Origin: Patescibacteria group bacterium
GTDB taxonomy: Bacteria > Patescibacteriota > Doudnabacteria > UBA920
DNA length: 64,000 nt
NCBI GenBank assembly: GCA_023484515.1
Contig: JAMDAY010000019.1
Location: 30,483-94,482 of the forward strand
Reading direction: 5' to 3'
Shown: piece after piece, positions 18,079 to 27,707 of the stretch
How positions within the stretch are numbered: the first letter of the stretch is position 1
How the letters are laid out: every line of letters begins with the position of its first letter
Position numbers and translations under genes: made by a program
Notes under the pieces: model-generated
Told to the model about the DNA's origin: nothing
What the model saw: the letters and a program-made list of their open reading frames with translations, nothing else
Database searches by the model: none

Positions 18079-19086
18079 CTATCTCGTGCTTAAGATGCTT
18101 TTCTTGTAGCTTTCCAAATTATCCAAAGCCACGCCAGTGCCTTTGGCCACGCAGAGCAAGGGATCTTCGGCTACGAAACACGATACGCCTAAACTTTGCG
18201 AAATATAATGGTCCAAATTCCTAAGCAAAGAAGTGCCGCCCGTCATAACCATGCCTTTGTCAATAATGTCGCTGGCCAGCTCCGGCGGCGTTTCCTGCAG
18301 CACGGTCTTAACAGCCTTGACTATTTCCAGCAATTCGTCGTTAATGGCGTCTACCGCCTCGTTAGTGGAAACGGTCACGGTTTTCGGCAGGCCGGTTATC
18401 ATGTCGCGGCCCTTTACTTCCATGACTTCCTCTTCTCCCAGGCGCATGGCGCTGCCAATGGTAATTTTTATCTCTTCGGCCGTCCGGTCGCCAATGGCAA
18501 TACCGTGCCTTCTCCTCATAAAATCTATTACGGCCTGGTCCAGCTTGTTGCCCGCCACCCGCACCGAAGTAGAATTGACAATGCCCCCCAAGGACAATAC
18601 GGCCACGTCAGTCGTGCCGCCGCCAATATCAATGACCAAATTTCCCGAAGCCGAGGCTATGGGAATTCCCGCGCCAATGGCCGCGGCCACGGTTTCCTTA
18701 ATCACATAAGCCGTTTTGGCGCCGGCGGCCTGCGCGGCGTCCACTACGGCGCGGCGTTCCGTGGAAGTAATGCCGCCGGGGACGGAGATCATCACCTCGG
18801 GCCGGAAAAATCGCACGTTACCCAAAGCTTTGTTTATAAAATAACGCAGCATGGCCTCGGTTACGCGGTAGTCGGCTATTACCCCGTCTTTCATGGGCCG
18901 GCTGGCCACTATGGTTTCCGGGGTGCGGCCCAGCATTTCCTTGGCCTCCTGCCCCACTGCCATTACTTTATTGTCATACAGGGAAATGGCTACCACAGTC
19001 GGTTCGTTTATAATAATTCCCCGCTTGGGCAGGTAAACCAAAGTATTTGCCGTGCCTAAATCTATACCGATCTTGTTTTCAAACAT
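18079..19086 (-). CDS. mreB: rod-shape determining protein MreB (ATG start at 19086; the track start at 19101 is a TTG)
   Basis: GIDLGTANT phosphate-1 motif and actin-fold motifs throughout. Confidence 0.9.
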   Translation of the reverse strand: MFENKIGIDLGTANTLVYLPKRGIIINEPTVVAISLYDNKVMAVGQEAKEMLGRTPETIVASRPMKDGVIADYRVTEAMLRYFINKALGNVRFFRPEVMISVPGGITSTERRAVVDAAQAAGAKTAYVIKETVAAAIGAGIPIASASGNLVIDIGGGTTDVAVLSLGGIVNSTSVRVAGNKLDQAVIDFMRRRHGIAIGDRTAEEIKITIGSAMRLGEEEVMEVKGRDMITGLPKTVTVSTNEAVDAINDELLEIVKAVKTVLQETPPELASDIIDKGMVMTGGTSLLRNLDHYISQSLGVSCFVAEDPLLCVAKGTGVALDNLESYKKSILSTR

Positions 19087-19268
19087 ATAGTCCGTTGCCA
19101 ATAAATTTTCAGCTGATTAATCTTGAATACGCGGATTAACCAAATGCGATAGATTTTACTTTTTAACGCTTATCGTTAAAAATTTATTGCCAACGAACTA
19201 ATTATAACAAAAATTACGGTTTCAAGGAATTTGCCAAACCGGGTTAATTTTAGGTATAATAAATTACT

Positions 19269-20570
19269 ATGAGAAAAAGGACCAGATATTTGCTAATTGC
19301 AGCGGGTTTTACCGTTTTCCTAATACTTACCCCGTTAATTCTAATGTATGTGCGGGGAATCAGTTACGATTTTAGCACCCATAAATTCGTCCAGACCGGA
19401 ATTTTAGCCGTCAGGACCGACCCGAAAAATGTTAAGATAATTTTTAACGGCCAAACAAAGCGCAGCAGTTCCGGCGATATAAAATTCCTGAAACCCGGAG
19501 AATATGAAGTGAAAGTCGAAAAAGACGGATATTCCGCCTGGACCAAACGGCTGGCCGTTTATTCCGGACAAGTAACCTGGGCCAATCCGGTCGGCAATAA
19601 GATTTACCTGTTCGCTAAACAGCCTGCGGTTACGGACATCTCTTCCGGCGTCAAGGACTTCTACCTGCAGGACAACGCTTTGTTGTATTTATCCGGGCAA
19701 AATTTAACGGTTTCCAAGGCGGACAACCCGGGAGAAAACCAAAACTACGGATTGCCAAAACCGGCCGATAAAATTTTAGCCGCTCCGAACAATAAAACTT
19801 TTGCGCTTTATTCCGAAACCGCGACATCCGCAACCTCGTCGGTTATGGTTTTTTCCCTGGACGCGGGAAAAGTGACGGACATAAGTAATTTATTTTCCGC
19901 CGCGCCGGTCCTTAATTTTTCCGGGCAGAACGACTTATACGCCCTGGAAAACGGCGCGCTTTATCGCGTGGATTTAAACAAACCCGCGTTGATTCCTATT
20001 TTAACAGGCATTAAGTCCTTTACGTTTTTAGGCGATACCTTATATTTTATCAAGCAGGACGGGCCAAACCTATCCCTTTTTGCAACGCAGAATCCAGGCC
20101 AAGGCACGGACACTTTGCTGCAAAATCTCCCCAATTTCAGCCAAGGGACAATCAAAGTTAATTTTGAAAAACAAGTATTCCTGCTGTTGGACAACAACCT
20201 TTACGAAGTCGGTTCTGACTTGAAAAAAATTGCCGGCAATGTCACTGACTGGCATTTTAACCCGGCCGAATCCACCATGTCGTTCTTGCACTCCGGAGAA
20301 ATGGATTATTACAACCCTTTCCAGAAGGACATAGATTTCATTACCAGAAGCGGCTCCGGCCTTTCCAATCCCCTGGTAAGCCTGGAATTAAATTACGCGT
20401 TTGTGCTTAAGGACAACCAACTGACCGCCATAGAGCTGGACTCGCGCGACCGGCAAAATGAATATGCGCTTTACAGCGCGGCTAACGGCGGCAAATTCGC
20501 GTTGGACACCGCCGCCCAAAACATTTTCCTGCTGGACAACGGCAACCTGAAAAAAATTAAGATTCGCTAA
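19269..20570 (+). CDS. membrane-anchored PEGA-domain protein with a large extracytoplasmic region
   Basis: N-terminal TM; PEGA-like KPGEYEVKVEKDGYSAW. Confidence 0.55.
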   Translation: MRKRTRYLLIAAGFTVFLILTPLILMYVRGISYDFSTHKFVQTGILAVRTDPKNVKIIFNGQTKRSSSGDIKFLKPGEYEVKVEKDGYSAWTKRLAVYSGQVTWANPVGNKIYLFAKQPAVTDISSGVKDFYLQDNALLYLSGQNLTVSKADNPGENQNYGLPKPADKILAAPNNKTFALYSETATSATSSVMVFSLDAGKVTDISNLFSAAPVLNFSGQNDLYALENGALYRVDLNKPALIPILTGIKSFTFLGDTLYFIKQDGPNLSLFATQNPGQGTDTLLQNLPNFSQGTIKVNFEKQVFLLLDNNLYEVGSDLKKIAGNVTDWHFNPAESTMSFLHSGEMDYYNPFQKDIDFITRSGSGLSNPLVSLELNYAFVLKDNQLTAIELDSRDRQNEYALYSAANGGKFALDTAAQNIFLLDNGNLKKIKIR

Positions 20571-20583
20571 AAATATTTTATGT

Positions 20584-20745
20584 GAGGTGGTCTAAAAACT
20601 CGCTTTGTAGGCGAAATTGCAAAATTTCGAGGCAGTTGGGACAAATAAATTTTGATGTTTAGCCGTAGGCTAAGCGGAGAAATTTTTTGGCCCAAATGGC
20701 CGAAATTTTGCAATTGCAGCCCAAATGGAGTTTTTAGACAGCCTC
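20584..20745 (+). repeat. family A repeat element, copy A2
   Basis: Conserved core with 18-bp copy-specific flanking inverted repeats gaggtggtctaaaaactc / gagtttttagacagcctc. Confidence 0.75.
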
Positions 20746-20807
20746 TGTCTATTAAATACTGCATTACGGTCCGGTAATGCAGTGTTTTAAATCTGTGCCA
20801 TCCTCGG

Positions 20808-21248
20808 TTATAAGCGTATCTGCGGATACAATGCCTCGTCTATGGCCTGGTTCACCAGGCGGTCGGCTTCTTTGTTCTGCTCGCGCGGGACATGTTTGAA
20901 TTCTAAAGATTGGAAATTTCTGGATAATTTAAAGACTTCCGCTGCCAAAATTTTTAAGTTCGGGTCTTTTATTTTATATTTGCCCTGCATTTGCCGCACA
21001 ATTAATTCCGAATCCATCCTAATTTGGAGATTGGAGATTGGAGATTGGGAATTGGAAAGCTTGGCCGCTTCTTTAAGCGCGAGGATTAAGGCCTTATACT
21101 CGGCACAGTTGTTTGTAGCTTCGCCGATGTATTGTTGGTATTGGCCGACAATGTTGTTTTGCCCGTCGCGGATTACCACGCCAATTCCCGCCGGCCCCGG
21201 ATTTCCCCTGGCCCCGCCGTCGGTGTTGATAATAAGTTTGAATGTCAT
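20808..21248 (-). CDS. rnhA: ribonuclease HI
   Basis: INTDGGARGNPGPAG and CAEYKAL active-site regions. An in-frame SNSQSPISNLQI insert is encoded by a (ttggaga)n repeat. Confidence 0.85.
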   Translation of the reverse strand: MTFKLIINTDGGARGNPGPAGIGVVIRDGQNNIVGQYQQYIGEATNNCAEYKALILALKEAAKLSNSQSPISNLQIRMDSELIVRQMQGKYKIKDPNLKILAAEVFKLSRNFQSLEFKHVPREQNKEADRLVNQAIDEALYPQIRL

Positions 21249-22972
21249 AATTTTAATTTTTGTTCATTTTTAACATCAATTATGCGCAGCTTGATATCGC
21301 GCCGCCCGTTCCATCCATCCTCTATTAGTTCCGCTGCCACGTCTATAGTATCGCTAATTTTTAAAGTTTTGGCAAAATAACCCAGGCCGAACCCGATGGC
21401 GGAAATTGTTTTGCCGCCTTTTTGCAACTGCAATTGCAAGTGCTTTTGTTCCGCGCCGACCGCGCGCAAAGACCGCACCTGCAATTCGGAAATTAAAAAC
21501 TTCGGCCTGGAGTTGCCTACGCCAAAGGGCTCAAAATGCGAAAGCAATTCCAAAGTTTCCAGGCGCAAATCGCTTTCCGCCAATTCCGCGTCCAATTCCA
21601 AAGCGCGGTTCAAGTCTTCTTCGGACAAATTCTTTTCCGCGTATTCCAGAATCTTTCGGTAAAATTTTTCAAACTCCGAAACTTTCAGCGTCAGCCCGGC
21701 TGCCTGCCGGTGGCCGCCGAACCGGACAAGATGTTCAGAAGAAAATTTTAACGCTTCCACAATGTTAAATTCTCCCACAGTGCGGGCCGAGCCTACGGCA
21801 GTTTCCCCGTTTTTGGAAAGGACAATGGCCGGGCGGTTAAACTCTTCGGTAATCCTGCCTGCTACCAGGCCGACCACTCCCGGATGCCAATCTTCTTTCA
21901 TTAAGACCAGTATTTTGCGGTCTTCCAACAGTAAAGCCTGTTCGCGAGCCTCGCTTAACATTCTTAAAGTCGTATCCTGGCGGCTTTTGTTTAAAGTTTC
22001 CAAAGCCATGGCACGCTGCTGGGCAGCCACCAAATCCCCTTCCAGCAGCAAATTTAAAGCCGTGGTAGCCAGCTCCAGCCGCCCTGCGGCATTCAGGCGG
22101 GGCGCCAAAATAAAACCCAAGGTATAGGTGTCGGGAAGTTTCTGGTTAAAATTTAGCCCCGCAGTCTGGCATAAAATTTTTAAGCCCGGCCACCTGGTTT
22201 TTGGCAATACCTTTAACCCGAATTTCACCAGTACGCGGTTTTCCCCGAGCAGGGAATGGCAATCCGCCACCGTGCCAATAGCTACTAAATCTAAGAGCCA
22301 TTTTTCCCATCCGCTGATAAATTTTGGTTCTTGATTTTTGGATCTTGGGTCTTGCAAAATTCCCTGCGCCAACTTAAACGCCACGCCCACGCCGGTAATT
22401 TCGCGGCAAGGATAGGTCTCGCCGGGATTTTTTGGGTTGATTAAAGCAAAGGCGCCGGGCGTTGGACCTAAAACTTCGTGGTGGTCGGTAATGATAAAAT
22501 CCATCCCGTTGTTTTTGCAAAACTCCGCGGCTTCCGCGGAATTGGCGCCGCAATCAACAGTAATGACCAGTTTTGTGCCCTGATTGCGGATTTTTGTTAA
22601 AGCGTCCAAATTTACGCCGTATCCTTCGGTAAACCTGCTGGGGATGTAACTTTCCGTTTCCACTCCCAAATAACGGAAAGTTTGCTGCAGCACAGCATTG
22701 GCCGTAACCGCGTCCGCGTCGTAATCGCTGTAAATGCATATTTTTTCGCGGTTTTCAATGGCTTGCCAAATCCTGCCTGCGGCTTTTTTCATGTCTTTGA
22801 ACAAAAAAGGGCTGTGCAAGTCCTGGTATTGCGGCTCCATAAATTTTTTCACCCGGTCCAAGTCCGTAATCCCGCGATTATAGAGCAACTGCACGGTTAA
22901 AGACGAATACCCGTCCAGCTTGCGGAAAATTTCCTCCGGCGCTTCCGGTTTTAATTTCCATTGTTTAGGCAT
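21245..22972 (-). CDS. recJ: single-stranded-DNA-specific exonuclease RecJ
   Basis: DHH motifs (ITDHHE) and the DHHA1 region GGHRQAAG. Confidence 0.85.
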   Translation of the reverse strand: MPKQWKLKPEAPEEIFRKLDGYSSLTVQLLYNRGITDLDRVKKFMEPQYQDLHSPFLFKDMKKAAGRIWQAIENREKICIYSDYDADAVTANAVLQQTFRYLGVETESYIPSRFTEGYGVNLDALTKIRNQGTKLVITVDCGANSAEAAEFCKNNGMDFIITDHHEVLGPTPGAFALINPKNPGETYPCREITGVGVAFKLAQGILQDPRSKNQEPKFISGWEKWLLDLVAIGTVADCHSLLGENRVLVKFGLKVLPKTRWPGLKILCQTAGLNFNQKLPDTYTLGFILAPRLNAAGRLELATTALNLLLEGDLVAAQQRAMALETLNKSRQDTTLRMLSEAREQALLLEDRKILVLMKEDWHPGVVGLVAGRITEEFNRPAIVLSKNGETAVGSARTVGEFNIVEALKFSSEHLVRFGGHRQAAGLTLKVSEFEKFYRKILEYAEKNLSEEDLNRALELDAELAESDLRLETLELLSHFEPFGVGNSRPKFLISELQVRSLRAVGAEQKHLQLQLQKGGKTISAIGFGLGYFAKTLKISDTIDVAAELIEDGWNGRRDIKLRIIDVKNEQKLKL

Positions 22973-23145
22973 AGGCTAATTTTACCAAATTTAGCCAATA
23001 TAAAAAAGTGCAATCTTATTAATTTTAAGATTGTAAGATTGCGACGAATCGCTGCAAATTATGAGGAACACCTGCTGGGATTATTCATCCGATGACCAAC
23101 GAACATTAGTTGCGGGCTGATAGCTTGGCGAGGACATACGCCTCC

Positions 23146-23174
23146 TGAACGCCTCAACCGCGGTTGAGGCGTTC
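23146..23174. repeat. family C palindrome, copy 3
   Basis: TGAACGCCTCAACCGCGGTTGAGGCGTTC. A second palindrome cggctcaacgcgttgagccg lies ~160 bp downstream. Confidence 0.7.
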
Positions 23175-23414
23175 CCGCCATATAGGCCAGGCGGGTCTGT
23201 AGTTGCCTGATTCATCAGGCCCCTTTGCAAAGCTGAGTGAACTAAGCGACTGCTAGCTTAAGGGACAAGCCATGCTGCTGCGCGAACAATCATGGCAGGC
23301 CGCGACCGCTTGTGATCCGTTCGGCTATCTTTTAACGGCTCAACGCGTTGAGCCGTTGGAAACTATGCTGCCTGGCATTGGCTTTTAAACATTCCATGGG
23401 GTCCTGCAAAATAA

Positions 23415-25061
23415 TCAGCCGTTCATTGTTCGCATTATAGCTCCCCCCTTTTCATCCGCAGCATCTTTAACCATGTTCATCAGGCTAATACCGGTCATTT
23501 CCGGAGGCTTGGGCAGGCCGAACAGGTCCAGCACTGTGGGCGCTATGTCGCATATTGCGCCCGCGGGAATTTTGGCGGACAGGGATTGGTAGGTTATATT
23601 GGCCGGCGGCTTAAGCCTGTTGTCATTGGATAAAAACAAAAACGGGACCGGATTGGTAGTATGGTCTTTGTCTATCCCGCCGGTCTTGGGGCTTATCATT
23701 TGTTCCACGTTGCCGTGGTCCGCGGTAATTATTACGGCGGCATCTGCCAGCAAAGCCGCGTCCGTCACCCTTTTTAAGCAGCCGTCAATAAATTCCACTG
23801 CCGCAATTGCCGCCTTTAAATTTCCCGTATGGCCTACCATGTCGGTATTGGCGTAATTCGCCACAAAAAAATTTGTTTCAGTGGAAGAAATCTTTTTAAT
23901 TAATATATCCGTCAGTTCCTTAGCCGACATTTCCGGATGGTCCGAATAATTCCTGCTGTTTTCCGGGCTGGTCACAATTATGCGGTCTTCCCCGGGATAT
24001 TTTTCCACGCGGCCGCAATTAAAAAAAGACGTGACATGGGCGTATTTTTCGCTTTCCGCAATGTGGAATTGGGCCAGTTTGGAACGGGACAGGCATTCGG
24101 CCAGGCTGTCTTTTAAATCCAAAGGCGGGAAAGCCGCATGCACCGGCAAGCCCGGGGCGTATTCGGTCATGGTTACGAAAAAAAGATTTTGCAGCGGACT
24201 TTGGCGGAACTGCTCCGGCACGTCTTCCGGCTTGGCGAACATGCGCGTCAACTGCAGGGTCCGGTCCTGGCGGAAGTTTAAAAAAATGACCGCGTCATTG
24301 TCGGAAATTTTGGCAACCGGCTGCCCTTCGGCGTTTACAATTACCGTGGGCTTGATCATTTCGTCAAAAATTTGCCGGCTGTAATTGCCCATAATTGCTT
24401 CTTCCGCGGAAAGCGCGGTTTCGCCCTCGCCTGCCACCAATGCCCGGTAAGCCAACAAAGTTTGCCCCCAATGGCCTCCGCGGTCCATGGCGTAAAACCG
24501 GCCGGCAATAGTCGCAATCTTTCCTGTTCCGGCGCGGTTAATCCGCTCGCGCAATTTGCCGACGGAATCCAGGGCGACTTTGGGTTCGGTATCGCGCCCG
24601 TCCGTAAACATGTGCACGAAAACTTTTTGCAAACCCGCTTCGGCGGCCATGCCCACCAAAGCATAAGCGTGTTCGTCCAAACTATGCACGCCGCCGGGAC
24701 TGATCATACCCATTATGTGCAAACTGGAATTATTTTTCCGGACATGATCCATGGCTTCCAAAAACGCCCGGTTCTTGAAAAACTGGCCGTTTTGGATAGC
24801 CGTAGTAATGCGGGGCAGGTCCTGTCCCACTATCCTGCCGGCACCGATGTTCAGGTGCCCCACTTCGGAATTTCCCATTTCTCCCCAGGGCAAACCCACC
24901 AGCGGGCCGCTGGCCTGCAAAGTCAGGCTGGGAAAATTGGACACAATATGGTTTAAGGCGGGTATTTTGGCCACGGAAATCGCGTTGCCGCGCCCTGCGG
25001 AGGCCACGCCGAAACCGTCCAGGATAATAAGTACGACTTTTTTGTAATATCTATGCTGCAT
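23415..25061 (-). CDS. gpmI: 2,3-bisphosphoglycerate-independent phosphoglycerate mutase
   Basis: N-terminus VVLIILDGFG and iPGM motifs throughout. Confidence 0.9.
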   Translation of the reverse strand: MQHRYYKKVVLIILDGFGVASAGRGNAISVAKIPALNHIVSNFPSLTLQASGPLVGLPWGEMGNSEVGHLNIGAGRIVGQDLPRITTAIQNGQFFKNRAFLEAMDHVRKNNSSLHIMGMISPGGVHSLDEHAYALVGMAAEAGLQKVFVHMFTDGRDTEPKVALDSVGKLRERINRAGTGKIATIAGRFYAMDRGGHWGQTLLAYRALVAGEGETALSAEEAIMGNYSRQIFDEMIKPTVIVNAEGQPVAKISDNDAVIFLNFRQDRTLQLTRMFAKPEDVPEQFRQSPLQNLFFVTMTEYAPGLPVHAAFPPLDLKDSLAECLSRSKLAQFHIAESEKYAHVTSFFNCGRVEKYPGEDRIIVTSPENSRNYSDHPEMSAKELTDILIKKISSTETNFFVANYANTDMVGHTGNLKAAIAAVEFIDGCLKRVTDAALLADAAVIITADHGNVEQMISPKTGGIDKDHTTNPVPFLFLSNDNRLKPPANITYQSLSAKIPAGAICDIAPTVLDLFGLPKPPEMTGISLMNMVKDAADEKGGAIMRTMNG

Positions 25062-25187
25062 GGAATTTCAAAAGCAAAAGAATGGACCTTTTGGGATAAA
25101 CAATCTTTAGATTATTTAACTAGCGATCATTATTAATCAATCTTAAGGAAAACAGTCTCAAAAAAGTCGCTCTTTTGCAACAATATT

Positions 25188-26441
25188 TTATCCAGCCTGC
25201 CCTTCAATTTCTAATAACCTGTTGTACTTCGCCACCCGCTCTCCCCTGCTCGGCGCGCCGGATTTGATAAAATCCGCGTTAGTGGCCACGGCCAAATCCG
25301 CAATAAAATCGTCGCTCGTTTCGCCGCTGCGGTGGGAAATGACGGTTTTGTAACCGCGGTCCTTGGAGATTTTTATGGCCTGCATGGTCTCGGTCAGCGT
25401 GCCAATCTGGTTGACCTTGATTAAAACCGCATTAGCAATCCCCTGCGCCATGCCATACTTAATGCGCTGGGGATTGGTCACGAACAAGTCGTCGCCAACC
25501 AGGATTAATTTTTTCCCCAGCATCTTGGTAAACATTTTCCAGCCCACGAAATCGTCTTCCGCGCAGCCGTCTTCTATAATCTGCAAATGGTACTTGGTAA
25601 TCCATTGCTGGTAAAACCGGTAAATTTCACTGGGCTGCAATTTGGCGTTGGAAGCCTTAAGCGCGTATTGTTTTGCTTTGCCGTCAAAAAATTCGCTCGC
25701 CGCCGCGTCCATCCCCAATTTAAAATCCGCGCCCAATTTGTATTTGGCCTTTTTAACGGCATTGGCGAGCTGGGCCAGGGCTTCTTCGTTGGATTTTAGC
25801 TTGGGCGCAAAACCGCCTTCGTCCCCCACGGCCGTGGTCAGGCCTTGCTGGGCCAGGGAAAATTTTAAAGCGTGGAAAACTTCCGCGCCTTTGCGCAGCT
25901 TCTCGGCGAACGTGCCTCTTTGCGGAATAATAAAAAATTCCTGAATATCCAGCCCGCTGTCCGCGTGCCTGCCGCCGTTAATTACGTTAAACAAGGGCGT
26001 AGGCATGTCTTTAATTTTGTAGTGATACTGTTTGGCGAGATATTGATAAAGATCCTGGCCGGCCAGTTTGGCGGCCACGCGGATGCAAGCTAACGACACG
26101 GACAAAATGGCGTTGGCGCCCAGGCGCGACTTATTGGGCGTGCCGTCTAAATCTGCCATTTTCTGGTCTATGTCCTGCTGGTGCGAAACGTCCATGCCTT
26201 TCAGCGCGCGGAAAATTTCCCCGTTGGCGTTCTTGCAGGCCTTAAGCACTCCCTTGCCGCCATACCGCTTTTTGTCGTTGTCGCGCAGCTCCCAGGCTTC
26301 GTGGATGCCCGTGGAAGCCCCGCTCGGCACCGCCGCTTTGGCGCCCGTCTCCCCCGCCCATACTGTTGTTTCTACCGTCGGGTTCCCCCTGCTGTCCAAA
26401 ATTTCCCTCGCCGCAATTTTAGTGATTTTCATTGGTTTCAT
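25188..26441 (-). CDS. eno: enolase
   Basis: ILDSRGNPTVE and SHRSGETED-like motif. Confidence 0.95.
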   Translation of the reverse strand: MKPMKITKIAAREILDSRGNPTVETTVWAGETGAKAAVPSGASTGIHEAWELRDNDKKRYGGKGVLKACKNANGEIFRALKGMDVSHQQDIDQKMADLDGTPNKSRLGANAILSVSLACIRVAAKLAGQDLYQYLAKQYHYKIKDMPTPLFNVINGGRHADSGLDIQEFFIIPQRGTFAEKLRKGAEVFHALKFSLAQQGLTTAVGDEGGFAPKLKSNEEALAQLANAVKKAKYKLGADFKLGMDAAASEFFDGKAKQYALKASNAKLQPSEIYRFYQQWITKYHLQIIEDGCAEDDFVGWKMFTKMLGKKLILVGDDLFVTNPQRIKYGMAQGIANAVLIKVNQIGTLTETMQAIKISKDRGYKTVISHRSGETSDDFIADLAVATNADFIKSGAPSRGERVAKYNRLLEIEGQAG

Positions 26442-26479
26442 TAATTAGTTCTATGCATAAGTATTATACCATATTTAAT

Positions 26480-26503
26480 TGCAGGGGCAGGTTTCCAAAC
26501 CTG
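26480..26503. repeat. perfect hairpin palindrome AGGGGCAGGTTTCCAAACCTGCCCCT abutting the 3' end of the transposase gene
   Basis: 11-bp perfect stem, read directly. Confidence 0.6.
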
Positions 26504-26506
26504 CCC

Positions 26507-27010
26507 CTAACGGATAATGGTATTTTTCGGATGATATTTATCCAATTTCCACTTTAAAGGATTGTTGATAATATATTCACGGATTTTATCCAAAGATTCT
26601 TCCTTACGGATAACATGGTCGTAAAAAGATTTGTGCCAAGCGAAATTATTATCCGTAATATGTATTGCTTTAGAAGAAACTCTTTTAAACGATCCTACCA
26701 TTTGTGATATCGACGGCCTCTTGTAGGGGCGGATAATATCCGCCCCTACATCGCCTATTACGATTATGCCATGCACGTGATTCGGCATCACCCTGAACAC
26801 ATCCAAACTTATGCCTTTATAATACTTCGGAATTTCTTTCCAAAACTTTTCCGCGATTTTTCCCCATTCGTTTAAAATCATTTCTCCTTTTATTACCTCG
26901 CCAAAACAACACCGCATATCCTTCGCGCAAACCGTGACAAAATAAAATCCCGGCCGGGAATAGTCGTATTGCTTTAAACGATTTGCTTTCCTTTGCGGCA
27001 ATCCCTCCAT
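26507..27010 (-). CDS. IS200-like Y1 (HUH) transposase / REP-associated tyrosine transposase-like protein
   Basis: HUH motif MPNHVHGIIVI and C-terminal catalytic-Tyr region WHKSFYDHVIRKEESLDKIREYIINNP. A 27-bp perfect palindrome lies inside the CDS at 26723-26749. Confidence 0.65.
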   Translation of the reverse strand: MEGLPQRKANRLKQYDYSRPGFYFVTVCAKDMRCCFGEVIKGEMILNEWGKIAEKFWKEIPKYYKGISLDVFRVMPNHVHGIIVIGDVGADIIRPYKRPSISQMVGSFKRVSSKAIHITDNNFAWHKSFYDHVIRKEESLDKIREYIINNPLKWKLDKYHPKNTIIR

Positions 27011-27022
27011 TATTCCTCAATT

Positions 27023-27703
27023 TTATCCTTTTAATAACTTCCTATGTTTTACGAATTCATAAAGAGGGCCAATAAACATACCTGTTAAAAAGTACCAGAT
27101 ATATTCCCCAAATGGTATCCCAAAATACAACCTTGCATACCATTGATGGGGCAAAAACCAAAAGCGCTGGATATATCCCGGGAAGAATAAAAAAAGCAAA
27201 AGATAAATTCCAATACCTATAAAAAGCACCCATAAACCGCTATAAATCGCGTTTCTAATTAGATCTTTACGGGCATACAACATATAACCAATAAACAGTA
27301 AATAAGAAATGGATGTAGAATAAAATGAACTCAAATTAAAAAAGTAAAAAAGAACTAAACAAAGTAAAATAAATCCCAATAAAAAAGCCAGCGGTTCGCT
27401 TGGAGGGAAGGTTTTTGACTTTTTCCTACTTAGATGCATTTTATAAACTTCCTCATAAATTACCGCCGCGACCCCCCCAATACTAAAACCAATGATAAAA
27501 TCCTCAACACCAATGCGAGTATGAGTAATTGTTAAAGGACGCCACCAATCAATAACGTAAATTTTCTCACTGGCAAGGCCGCCTATTCCAAACAAGCAGC
27601 TGATCAACAACATTTCGTGCCTGATGCTTTTCCTCGTCAAAAAAACAACCAGCCAAACTACAAAGAATAGCAAAGACCAAATAAGATAAAAATATTCCTT
27701 CAT
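27023..27703 (-). CDS. polytopic membrane hypothetical protein, AT-rich codon usage
   Basis: 6-7 TM helices; no motif recognised. Confidence 0.4.
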   Translation of the reverse strand: MKEYFYLIWSLLFFVVWLVVFLTRKSIRHEMLLISCLFGIGGLASEKIYVIDWWRPLTITHTRIGVEDFIIGFSIGGVAAVIYEEVYKMHLSRKKSKTFPPSEPLAFLLGFILLCLVLFYFFNLSSFYSTSISYLLFIGYMLYARKDLIRNAIYSGLWVLFIGIGIYLLLFLFFPGYIQRFWFLPHQWYARLYFGIPFGEYIWYFLTGMFIGPLYEFVKHRKLLKG

Positions 27704-27707
27704 TTTT

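Noticed and set aside
26507-27010. Complete IS element with terminal repeats around the Y1 transposase
   Set aside because: Only a 3' hairpin is visible. On the 5' side the gene directly abuts the next gene with no terminal structure, so it is annotated as a solo transposase gene (RAYT-like) rather than a bounded IS.
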